A stretch of 64,000 nucleotides of DNA from contig NC_091469.1 of assembly GCF_036971445.1 (NCBI RefSeq), forward strand, positions 377,022,001 through 377,086,000, read 5' to 3'. The notes beneath the pieces were generated by a model. It did no database searches and was not told where the DNA came from. It saw nothing but the letters and a program-made list of their open reading frames with translations. How positions within the stretch are numbered: position 1 is the stretch's first letter; every line of letters starts with the position of its first letter. The position numbers and the translations under genes are program-made. This stretch comes from Narcine bancroftii (taxonomy: Eukaryota). Of this stretch, positions 26,114-37,700 are shown piece by piece.

Positions 26114-26161
<48 letters not shown>
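26114..26161. repeat. (TG)24 microsatellite at the end of the 3' LTR of copy 1
   Basis: Read directly. Confidence 0.95.
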
Positions 26162-26162
<1 letters not shown>

Positions 26163-27844
26163 CTATGGATTTTTTTTAGACTTTTACTTTTCCCACCAAT
26201 TACATGCAGGCCTGCTGGTGGGAAAGTACATTTGAAATACACAGGAGACCAAATTTGTTCATCTCATTTACCAGTCTTATTGCGTACTGAAAAATTCAAA
26301 TGGCTAGACTTGGCACTGTTTTAATGATGAATTAATCTGCCTGTCATCAATGTTAGGCTCAGTTAGGCAATATTTGGCTCTTTTTAACATCAGTACCATC
26401 TCCTCTCTTTTTAAAATGCAAAAAAAAAATCATGTATGTATATTTTGCTTTTTTAGATCACCTGTTTTTAAAGGTCCTCCTCTTCCCTTTTATTATCTTT
26501 TTGCTCAATTTAAAATACCTTCATTTTGTTCAGCTTGGCATCATCTTTTCAGATACTCTTTGCAGGTATTATTTTTTCCCTTTCTCTCCTGAACTGTGCT
26601 TGGCTTTTGTAAAAATAGATGGTCAATGCCTAATGAAAGTTTATTTTCTGTTTGAATACAAGTGAACCATAGATTTGAAGGTCCCTCAGTTACCCATATC
26701 TTATGGATCCTCCAAATCTTGTACGTCATTCTATAAATTTGTTAAATAGTTGAGCCCAAGATGTTGCAATTAAATCACAACTAATGAAACAACTGAAAAG
26801 CATTTCAATAATTCTTTGAAAAATAATCCTCAAATATATAATACATGAAAGATTAACCGTGAGATTAGTAACAGTTTTAGTCAGTGCAATTTAAGGATAT
26901 TGCTTTGAAACTACAAACTGGTTTGAATCAGTTTCTGTTAAAATGAAAAAGGCGTACGATCAACTCTGGTCAAATCTGTGTCAGGGAAGTTTGATGGCTA
27001 CTATCAATAGATTGGTAAATTATAATTTTCCCAATCAACTGTACTTCACCCCACAGAAATTGCACCAATAGAAACCTGAATTATCAGAGAAGTGTTTGAG
27101 GTTGGTTCCTTTTATATTCTACTTGGCTATGCATGAAAGAGAGGCCCTTCTGGTATGATGTCTGTGATACCCAAATATCACAGGAGTCACCTTCCCCCAG
27201 GAGTCCCAGAGCTTTGTCTTCTAGGGAACTCTACCACAGTTAGTAGATTACTAATTCTCAAATTAAATTCACAGAAATTGCCTTGTGTGTGGCCAGGAAA
27301 TGCATAGTAGTAACATGGAAGTCTGACTTAATAGTTACATCCCACTTGAAAAGGTTAGGTTACATAAAATCTCAGGAGGGATATAGCACCTTCCTAAAAA
27401 TATGGCAGCCTTATTTAGAGCATATAGGTACCTCACTGGCACCAATATAGAGTTATGATTACTACTGGCTAGCCAGTAGACCTCTGTAAAGATTTTAACA
27501 ATGTGGTATTATCATGTCTCCATATATTTTATTGCATGCACTGACAATGGGATGACTTTTTTTTCTTCATTCTTTTTCTATTGAATAGGTCTTCCATGGG
27601 GGAAGAGGTAGAGGGAGGGATTTTCTTGATGTTTTACATTTGGTATGATAGTTGATTATTAAAATGATAAATAACATATTACAAAAAAAAGTGAAAAAGG
27701 CAAAAGTGTCTAGACAAACCCTCCATATGTGCAAAGGACTCTAAAACGGGCACCCTTGGACAACCAGCAAATTTAAACGTAGACCAAGAACCTCCACACG
27801 ATAGGACTTGGCTTTGCATCCAATTAACTTTGTTCTAGCGTAAT

Positions 27845-28165
27845 ACAGGTGTTCCTCAACTTACGATGGGGTTGCGTTCTGTGGACCTATTGTAAGACAA
27901 GCATGAATACCGCACCTACCATTTTGTTTTATAATTAAATTTTGAATACCTTTCTTCCACACTGAAAAAACATTAATGTACACAGCTGAAAGCACACTCA
28001 GCATGAAGAATGTTTGGGTAAGCTGTACAATACTCTCGCGCGATGCTGCCATCACCCAGCATCATGAGAGAGTAGCATACTGCATTATCGCAAGCACGGG
28101 AACAGAAATTGAAAGTATGGATTCGATCCATCGTAACTTTGAAACCTTATAAGTTTGACCATTGA
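27845..28165. mobile_element. Tigger-like DNA transposon remnant
   Basis: TA-CAGGTGTTCCTCAACTTACGATGG TIR-like start; partial inverted match ccatcgtaa near 28130. Confidence 0.5.
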
Positions 28166-28526
28166 ATGTCATGTCAACGAGTGAGAGCTAATTGAAGCTA
28201 CTTTTTAAACAGCAGCCTCATCCTTGGCCAGAGTTCTGTATTATGGGATTCCCTGCTCTTTCCATTTTAATTCCCACCTGTTGGCAAGGGGTTAAAATCA
28301 AAGTCCAACACTCTTGAAGCCTGAATTGAATATGTTAGAACAATATATTCAATGAAAGTGAAAATGTCAGAGCAAGACAGATGAAATTCTGAAAGCAGAG
28401 GGACATTACACAATCTTTCCAGTATTGATTGATTTGAAGTGCATTGTATACTCCAAGCTTGTAATTTTTGTTTTCCCCTTTTCTCTTTATGCAGTGATCC
28501 TGTGAGATATAAAATGATGCACCTAC

Positions 28527-28579
28527 CTGGTAGCCTGTTCATGTTGACACCTTGAGCAGAGAGCCCAATGCCCATATAC
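28527..28579 (-). CDS. RANBP9: RANBP9 coding exon 3 (YMGIGLSAQGVNMNRLPG)
   Basis: ttacag acceptor, G|GTAGGT donor, 53 bp, in frame; conserved SPRY peptide. Confidence 0.95.
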
Positions 28580-28869
28580 CTGTAACGAGATAATTCTCAA
28601 GTTTTCTTTTCATTCAGCAATGTTTTCAAGATCAGTTATCAGCAACGAAAAGTACAAAAGTCTGCAGCACCATGGTTGAAGTTAAAAAATAATGCTGAAA
28701 AACTCAGCAGGTTAAACAGTTTACTTTGTAATCGCAAAGATATAGATAGATAACCAATCTTTAGGGCTTTGCTTGACCTGCTGATTTCTCTAGCATTGTG
28801 TTTTATCCATTAGCAATTTCCAATATTCACTAAACCTCAAAATGACTCCATGCTTGGTTTAAATAGTCC

Positions 28870-29560
28870 AATCACACTTCCCAAGGGTGGCAGCAAATCA
28901 CTTGCACTTTTTTTAAAAACCTTGTGTACTACATTCAGTTTTCACAATGTGGCCTGCTTTCTCCTGGAGAAACCAAATAGAGATAGGTTGATTCTGTTTT
29001 ATAGTACCTAAATTCAATTGGCAGTGGCAACCTTAAGTTTCTAGTTGCCTGCCACTCTCATTCTCAATGGTGTTCCCCTGCACCATTTCAATAATGCCTG
29101 ACAAGCGTGAAGAACAGCATCTCATCTTCATTTTGGGCACATTGTACCCTTCTGGACTCTATAATTGCATCCTACACTTGAAGTAACGACTTCTCTGCTT
29201 GATTCAATGGTCCATCTGCAATACAAGCTCAGCCTGTGTTTTTGTTTTGTTTTATTCTCTGAAATTAGAAGACATGCCCAATTTGTTCCTAGTCTACCTT
29301 ATGAAACTTCTACATTCTTTTTGCCATGTTCCCACTTTCTAGCTGCTCCCATTCACTCACTGACCAGATAACCTTGTTTACAGACTATCCCTACAGTCAC
29401 CCCAGTGTTTACCCCATTAAACATCACCCACCCCCACAACTATTTCTGACAAACAGTCCTCAACCTGTAATGTTTAATGCTTCTCTTTCTACAAAAGCAA
29501 CCTAACCTGTTGAGAACTTCTAGCATCTACTTTTTTAATTTCCAATCTTGGCTTACCTTG
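28870..29560 (+). mobile_element. Penelope-like element remnant (GIY-YIG region)
   Basis: Decayed LVYYIQFSQCGLL..GETK motif near 28922-28980, followed by pLTR-like sequence. Confidence 0.5.
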
Positions 29561-30426
29561 CTCTCTGCTGCAGCTTTTAAAAGGTGACAATATTAATGTA
29601 CCTGGCTGAGGTCTTTTGCCAACACTTTCACAACATTGGCAGCAATGACCTTTCTCGATTTTTAAGAAAAATCTTGCAAACCCCATGTCAAAAACTTACA
29701 ACTGTGAATGCACTGGAGTTGTGATTCATGCCAATGCTTTAATAGTGATAACATTTAATGTTTTTCTGGATTGACCAGAACACCAAATAATCAAATCACT
29801 GATATTCTCAGCTACTTTAGTGAAGCTACTTAGATAGCTTGATTTATTAATTGCACCAAACCCCACTGTCACTCTGGGTTGGAGCGCAGCTATTACATCG
29901 ATTCAAGAAGAAAGTGGTAAATTATTTCCCAAATGGCTGAGAGATCTCTCCAGAATGCTTTAATTTAGAAGCACTCAGAGGACAAAGCAAAGGTGGACAG
30001 GATAACAACACACCTCACCTTAAAACAGCATGATTCTAGACAACAATTTACATTTGTAGAAAACGTATTAATGGGGAAATCAATCAGAATAGTACACACA
30101 TTCCCCTTATTTCTTCATGAACCTAGTATCTCCTCTCCCTTCACATAACTGAAGTCTTTCACCCCTGATATCACTCCAGTGCCTTTTCTGCACCAAGATC
30201 AGCAACTGTCATTGGAGGTGCCTGTAATCAAACTCAATAGGCCCAGCTGAAGCCAATTCACTTCTTTATACAAAGTGCGTCTTTTATTATTCCAGATTTT
30301 AATAAACCCAACAACTGGTTTTGATTAAAGCAGCCTTCTCAACTTAACCTACCATTTTCAGAGATCTGAATACATGTTTCCAAGTTGCTCTTCTTTTGAA
30401 TCAGAGGAACAGTGATTTTAGTGAAT

Positions 30427-32345
30427 TAGAACATGGAGCGTAGAACACTACAGCGCAGTTCAGCCCCCGATGTTGTGCCGAACCATACATTCCTTTAAAA
30501 AAAGGTACCCCATAACCCTCCATTTTCCTTCCATCCATGTGTCTAAGAGTCTCTTAAATGCCCCTAATGCTTCAGCCTCCGCCACCATCCCTGGCAAGGC
30601 ATTCCAGGCACCCACAACACTAAAAAAAACTTACCCCTAATTTCTCCCTAAACTTAACTTTGTACACATCCTCTGGTATTGGCTATTCCTTCCCTGGGGA
30701 AAATATACTGGCTATCCATCCTCTCATAATCACGTAGACCTATATGCTCCAAAGAGAAAACTCCCAGCTCTGCTAACCTTGCCTAAAAAGGCTCATTTTT
30801 CCAATCCATGCAACATCCTGGTAAATATCCGTTGCACCCTCTCTATAGCTTCAACACCCTTCCTATAAGAAGGTAACCAGAGCTGTGAGGGTCTCACCAG
30901 AGATTTGTAGAGTTGGAACATGACCTCTTGACTCTTGAACTCAATCCCCCTATTAATGAAGCCCAATATCCCATAGGCCTTCTTGCCTATCCTATCAATC
31001 TGCAAACCGACCTTGAAGGATGTATTGATTTGGACCCCAAGGTTCCTTTGTACATCCACACTCTTAAGTAACTGACCATTAACCCAGTACTCAGCCTTCT
31101 GGTTTATCCTTCCAAAATGCATCACATGACACAGCCAGATTGCACTCCATCTATCCTTAAGAATCCTCTCCAAAAGTTTGTTCACCGCTGATGTAAGACT
31201 CACTGGTTTCTAATTCTCATGAAACCTCCCTATTACCTTTTTTTAAAACAGGGGACTACATTTGCCATTCTCCAATCCTTTGGCACCTCCCCTGTGGCCA
31301 AAGAGGACTCAAAGATCATAGCCAGCTAAGTTTTCCCTCACTTCCCACAGCAACCTGGGATATATCACATTTGGCCCCTGGGACTCATCAATCTTAATGT
31401 TTTTAAGAATATCAAACACTTCCTCTTCCACAATCTCGATATTAATCAGCACACAAGCCTGTTTTATTCTGACCTCACACTAACCAAGGTCATTTTCTCT
31501 TGTGAATGAATACTGAAGCAAAGTATTCTTTTAGGACCTCTCCAACCTCCTCTGCCTTCAGGCACATGTTGCTTGCTTTATCCTTTAGTGTCCTCACCTT
31601 CATTCTCGTCATCCTTCTTCTCTTCACATGCACATAGAATGCCTTGGGTTCTCCTTAATCCTACATGCCAAGGCTTTTTCATGCCCTTTGAGCTTTCCCA
31701 AGTCCTTTCTTAAGCTCCTTCCTGGCTACCATATACTACTTCTTCCTCTTTCCTGCTTCTCATGTCTAATATATACTTCCTTCTTCCTCTCGACTAGCTG
31801 CCTCACCCGTTTTGTCAACCAATGTTCCCTTTACCAACCATCTTTTCCTTGTCCCAGTGGGACAAACTAATCATGAACCCAGCACAAATGGACCCTAAAC
31901 TTCCTCCACATTAGTTCTGTGATTTCATCCTTGAATGTCTGTTTCCAATTTATTCTCACTAGTTCCTGCTTCATCCCATTATAATTATCCCTTCCCCAAT
32001 TAAACATTTTTCCATTTTGTCTGATTTTATCCTTTTCCATAGCTATATAGAAGCTCAGGAGTTGCGGTCGCTCTCATCAAAATGCTCCACCAACGAGAGG
32101 TCCACTACTTGACCAGGTTCATTACCCAGCATTAGATCCAGTATGACCTCTCCTCTCATCGACTGGTCCACCTACTCCGGTTTTCTTCTTGAGCACACCT
32201 GACAAATTCAGACCCATCTATCCCTATTGTAGTCAGGAAGTGCCAGACAATGTTAGGGAGGTTTAAGTCTCTCATAACAACAACCCTGTAATTCCTGCAC
32301 CATTCCAAAATCAGCATTCTTATCTTCTCTGGGGACTATTTGGGG
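30427..32345 (-). mobile_element. CR1 LINE, decayed, internally deleted
   Basis: ORF fragment 30793-31203 (SLTSAVNKLLERILKDR...LYKSLVRP...IERVQRIFTRM), endonuclease remnants further right, CR1 tail at the left. Confidence 0.85.
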
Positions 32346-32439
32346 AAATTGTAAAGGGATCTGAACTACATAAGAAATAGAATGATAAAAACAGTACAGG
32401 AACTTGAGGATTCTGTTCTGTTAAAGCACAAATAGACAG

Positions 32440-34370
32440 GAATGCTTTTAACTATCAAGACACAATGTTAGGAAAAAAAGGAGCTGGCCCACTGGATTAA
32501 AAATTGGCTTAGTGCAAGGAATCAGAGGGTGGTAATGGAGGAATGTTTTTTTCTGATTAGAGGCCTGTGACCAAGGGTGTGCCGCAGGAGTCAGTACCAG
32601 ATCCGCTGTTGCTACCTTTGTTAATGATCTGAATAGCAGTGTAGTTAACATGATTAATAAATTTTCAGATGACATCAAAATTGTTTGGATAGAGAAAAGT
32701 GAGGAAGAGTATCTAAAGTCCTTTTCACACTGGCTAACCAGTAAATTTGATGTTCAACGAATCAGTTAAAGAAGCCGTTTTTGTCGTTCACACTGGACTA
32801 CTGTTAACTGCTTCTCTGTGTCCTTCTACACTCACCACTAGGCATCCCCAGGGAGAGGGGCGCCTATACTCCACCAGTGACATCAAAGTGACACATGAGG
32901 AATGGAACACCTGCCCTCCCGGAATTCTATGCAGCAGAGAAACCCCTCCCTGTGTGCTCCGTGTATACAGCCCTTTCTCTGCCTCATGGAATTCTGGAAG
33001 GGCAGGTTCACCATTGTTCTCTTTCTCTCCTTTCCCTCTGTCTCTCACAGACATATTCATCTATCCTTGATTGTTGTATGTACCCACTTCTTGTGTGTGC
33101 ATGTGTGTATTTCCATCCCTGCTGTGACTTTCCCGTGATCTTTATAAATTGTGCATCTACTTGTTTTAATGCTGCTACCACTTTCTCAGTCCTTTATAAA
33201 TTTATAAATATTTATATAGGTCGGCAGAACAACAGGGGCTGAAGGGCTCATATTTTGCTGTACATAATGTTTAATTATGTTATAATTAGGCATGATTAAT
33301 TTTGTTTAAATACAAGATCATAATACATTGATCAGGCTTTAGTAAATTGAATACAAAGTTTATACCTTTTAAATCTTTTGTTTCCTTCACGTTCCTGCAC
33401 TCAAGCAAAAATATCATCAACGCATCACTATTTTCTCCCTGGATAGTCCATGTCCATTTCACACTGAGCTAATTGGCAGGCAAACATCAGATGACCCTGG
33501 GATGACAGACAGTCCATCCCTAGGGTGATTTGACACCTGCATGCCATTTCGCAAGGGTTCACACTGGCCCTTAAACCATAATATTGGGCATTAGTTAAGA
33601 AGGTGCCAGTGTGAAAGGGGTTTAATATTACAACAACAGGATCTAGGTGAGTTGGGAAGATGCAACAAGGAGTAGCAAATGAAGTTTAACTTGAAAAGTG
33701 TGAGATGTTGCACCTTGGCAAGTCAAACCAGAGTATGATTTGAACAGAGAATGGTAGGGCCATAGAAAATGTTATAAAACAGATGTAGGGGTTGTGTTCC
33801 TCGAAACTGGCAAGTGGACAGAGGGATGATAAAGATGTTCGGCACACCTGCCTTCATCGAACAGGGTATGAAGTACAGAAGTTAGGGCCTCATTCAGCAT
33901 AGGTGAGAACAATTCGAGTATTTTGTGCATTTCTAGTCACCCTGATAGATTGGAAGGGTGGAGAGGAGATTCACGAGGATGTGGCTAGGACTGGAGGGGT
34001 TGAATTATTGGTAAGAGTTAGATTGGTTGAGTCTTTATTCCCTGGAGTGTAAGAAGTTGAAGGATGAACTCATAGGTTTATAAAATCATGAGGGGCATGG
34101 ATAAAGTGAGTGTTCATAGGTTTTTTTTCCCCAGGATAGAAAATTCTAAAACAAGAGGGCACAGATTGAAGGTGAGAGGAAAGAGATTTAAGAGGGGCAT
34201 AAGGGGCAACTTTTTCCACTCGGTGGGTGGTCCATAACAGAATGAGCTGCCAAAGGAGTGGGCAGACTTTAATCATTAAAAAGACATCTGGTCAACTTTA
34301 TGGATAGAAAGTGGACTACATGCAGCCAAAAGAGACTAGCTTAGCATTAATCAAGTTGGGCCAAAGGGCC
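32440..34370 (+). mobile_element. CR1 LINE RT fragment interrupted by a Harbinger MITE
   Basis: GVPQESVP..., KFSDDIKI before the MITE and QQDL..., KCEMLHLG after it; CR1 3' end near 34370. Confidence 0.8.
32717..33622. mobile_element. PIF/Harbinger MITE
   Basis: 18-bp TIRs agtccttttcacactggc and gccagtgtgaaaggggtt (15/18 match); TAA TSD at 32714-32716 and 33623-33625; splits a CR1 cleanly. Confidence 0.85.
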
Positions 34371-34796
34371 CTGCCGGACTCGATGAGTCAGGGCTTCCAA
34401 AGTTCTCAAATGAAGTGAATAAGAAAAAAGTTTGAGGTATTAATGTTAAGACATGAGGCAAAATGCAAAAAGTGAAAAACAAGTCAAGACAAGCAGAGCA
34501 CAGAGTATGCACAAGATATAATTAATTAACAAATAAATAAAGTATAATGTAAACAGAGCAAAATGTTTGTCATGAAGGATTGAGCAATTTAGGAACTGAA
34601 GATGAAATCTGTGGAAAAAGAACATAATTGAAATGTTAAACATGGATTTTGCATGTCATTTCCATAGTATGCTGTTCAAGTCACTACAAGTGGCAAATAA
34701 ACTATGGAAGAAGAGAAAATTAAATAACTTAAAATAGCTGGCATGCTAGAAGTCAAAACCAAATAAATGGAAGTGGTAGAGGCTTTGGGTACACTC

Positions 34797-37700
34797 TGTG
34801 GCAACCAGCCACCGTGGAGATTGAGCCAGCACATCACGCAGAGTGCGCAGAAGTGAACAGCAGCATAACACCCTGTAACAAGTCCCATTACACAGCGAAC
34901 TGGCACGGTTGAAAGCTGGAGGAGTACAAGACCAACAGCCCAGCTAACAGATCAATAACAGGCTGGGGAAGAGGATATTCACATGCAAGAATGTTCCCAC
35001 CCGCTACTGTTATTCAGGCGGCTGATGTCAGCCAATCAAACAAATGGCGGGAACTCCAACTGTATAAAAGAAGCCTTTCCAGCCTCAATAAATCTCAGAG
35101 CTTAACTTCCCACACTGCGAGTGTGTGTGTTTCTTTGTAGCAGTCGGCTACAATTGGTGACCCCAACAGTTTAGACGGCATCTAAACTCAGCGATGGATA
35201 GCGAAGCAGCAATCAGCGCAGTCACCTTCAAGCTCTCGACCTTCTGGACAGTTCGACCCAGCGAGTGGTTCGATCAGGCTGAGGCTCAGTTCCAGATTCG
35301 GGGCATCACACCTGAGTCCACACGGTACTACTATTTGGTCTGTGCCCTGGACCAGAGACTTCAGACAGAGTGGACAACTTCATCCACAGGCCACCATTGG
35401 AAGGCACTTACACTGCCTTCAAAGAGCTATTAACCAAGACCTTCAGGCTCTCACAGAGAGAGAGGGGCACGGCTGTGCCACCTGGACGGGCTAGGGGACA
35501 GATTCCAGTCAGCCCTCATGAAAGAGATGCTGGTCCTCCTGGGAGACCATGAGCCCTGCATTATGTTCAAGCAGGCATTCTTGGAGGAGCTGCCAGAGGA
35601 CATCCAACTGCTCCTGGCTGACACAGATTTCAGTGACCCCTGGAAAGTCATAGCACAGGCAGATATTCTGTGGAAGCAGAAATAGAAGAGCTCAGCTACC
35701 ATGGGGCTCGTCACCAAGTCATCCAACCAGATCAAGGCAGACCCTGGAAAGGAGCAGCAGGGACGAGTCCAAGGAGAGAGAGAGTGCTTCTACCACCAAA
35801 GATGGGGCTCCAAGGCCAGATGGTGCTGGTCACCCTGTGAGTTCCATGGAAACAACAAGGCCAGCCGTCACTGACAGCCACAGCAACTGGCCATTAAGAG
35901 AGCCTCCTGTACGTATGGGATCGTCTTTCCAGTAGACAATTCTTGTTGGATACAGGAGCGGAGGTCAGTGTGATACCCCCGACAGGTTTGAACACTAGAT
36001 GAATGCAAGCAGGCCCCACATTGAGGGCTGCCAACAACAGCAATATACATATCTACAGCACATGTAGGGCTGAGCAGCAGTTTGGAGGCAGCCACTTCTC
36101 GTGGAGTTCACACTGGCCGCAGTGGAACAGCACCCCTTGGAGCAGATTTCCTGCGGGCCCACAGCCTCCTAGTAGACCCCAAGGGCAAGAGACTTGTGCA
36201 CTGAAGGGTGCCGGGCTCCCAGCATTACATCTGGCCTTCGTTCACAGCACAAACAATTAGTTCTCCAAAGTACTGGCCGAGTTCCCAGCAATCCTTCCCC
36301 TCAGTTCATGGTAGAAGTGCCCCGACATGGTGTCAGACATCACATTCTTTCCATGGGTCCAACTCTCCATACAAGGGTGAGTAAACTTCCCCTGGAGAAG
36401 CTCCAACTGGTCAAGGTGGAATTCCGCAAGTTTGAGGAGTTGAGCATTGTTCAGTGGTTGGACAGTCCATGGGCTTCTCCCCTGCACATGGTGCCTAAAG
36501 CATCTGGAGGCTGGAGACCGTGTGGTGACTACTGTTGGTTTAACGAGGCCACCACTCCAGATCTTTACCCTGTCCTGCATATCCAAGACTTTGAAGCAAA
36601 CCTGCACAGAGCAACGACCTTCTCCAAAGTGGACATGGTGCAAGGGTACCACCAAATCGCAGTGCACCCTGACGAAATCCCCAAGACGGTCATCATCACT
36701 TCATTTGAGCTGTTTAAGTTCCTGAGGATGCCATTTGGACTCAAGAACATGGCACAGACCTTCCAGCGACTGATGGACACTGTGGGCCGAGACCTGGACG
36801 GCACCTTCGTCTACTTAGACGATATCTTGATGGTGAGCAGAACCTGGCAGGAACATCTACAACACCTTCGAAACCTCTACAGTAACCTACACGAGTTCGG
36901 CCTTACTATCAACCTGGCTAAATGCCAGTTCAGGTTGAGCACAATTGACTTCCTGGGCCACAGGATTACCAAATGCGGGACCACACCACTACCCAGCAAG
37001 GTGAAGGCTATCCACAACTTCCCGAGGCCCAGGACGACCAAAGGACTGCAGGAGTTCGTGGGGATGGTAAATTTTAATCGTAGATTCATCCCTGCAGCAG
37101 CTCGAACCATGCTCCCACTCTTCACCCTGATGACTGGTGAGCCAAAGGACTTAACCTGGGACGACGACTATGCACAAGCATTCGTGGGAGCAGAGAAAGC
37201 TCTGGCTCATGCTGCACTCCTTGCCCACTGCAGGTCAGACGCACCCACAGCCCTCATAGTCAATGCCTCGGAACGGCAATTGGTGGAGTTCTGGAGCAGC
37301 AGATAGAAGTTGGCATCCGCTTGCTTTCCTCAGCAAACATCTGTGGCCCCCTAAGCTAATGCATGATGCTTTCGACAGAGAGCTACTGGCGCTGTACTTA
37401 GCCATCCGCCACTTCTAGTACTTCCTAGAGGGAAGGACTTTCACGGACTACAAGCCACTGATGGTCACCCTGGCTAAGATCTCCGAACCCTGGTCAGCCC
37501 GCCAGCAGAGACACTTGTCTTACATCTCGGAGTACACCACCGACACAAGGTACATCTCGAGAAAAGACAACGTGATCGCGGATGCCTTGTCGAGACAGAG
37601 CATCTACTCTCTGGATAACGGACTGGATTTCGTGGCACTAGTGGAGGCACAGAAGCAGGATGACAAGATACATCAGTACAGGACCACTGTCACAGGGCTG

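Larger units (their letters stand above)
21668..26161 (+). mobile_element. Gypsy LTR retrotransposon copy 1 (CsRn1 clade), decayed
   Basis: 5' LTR about 21668-21970 and degenerate tRNA-Trp PBS; gag WFNKAEAQF with CHCC motif CFYHWRWGTEARRCQSYC; protease FLVDT, RT, RNase H and integrase all frameshifted; PPT, then 3' LTR from 25789 ending in (TG)n. Confidence 0.92.

Noticed and set aside
36194-37306. 370-aa RT ORF as a domesticated gene
   Set aside because: It is an internal fragment of a decayed pol flanked by frameshifts and stops, with no sign of selection visible.
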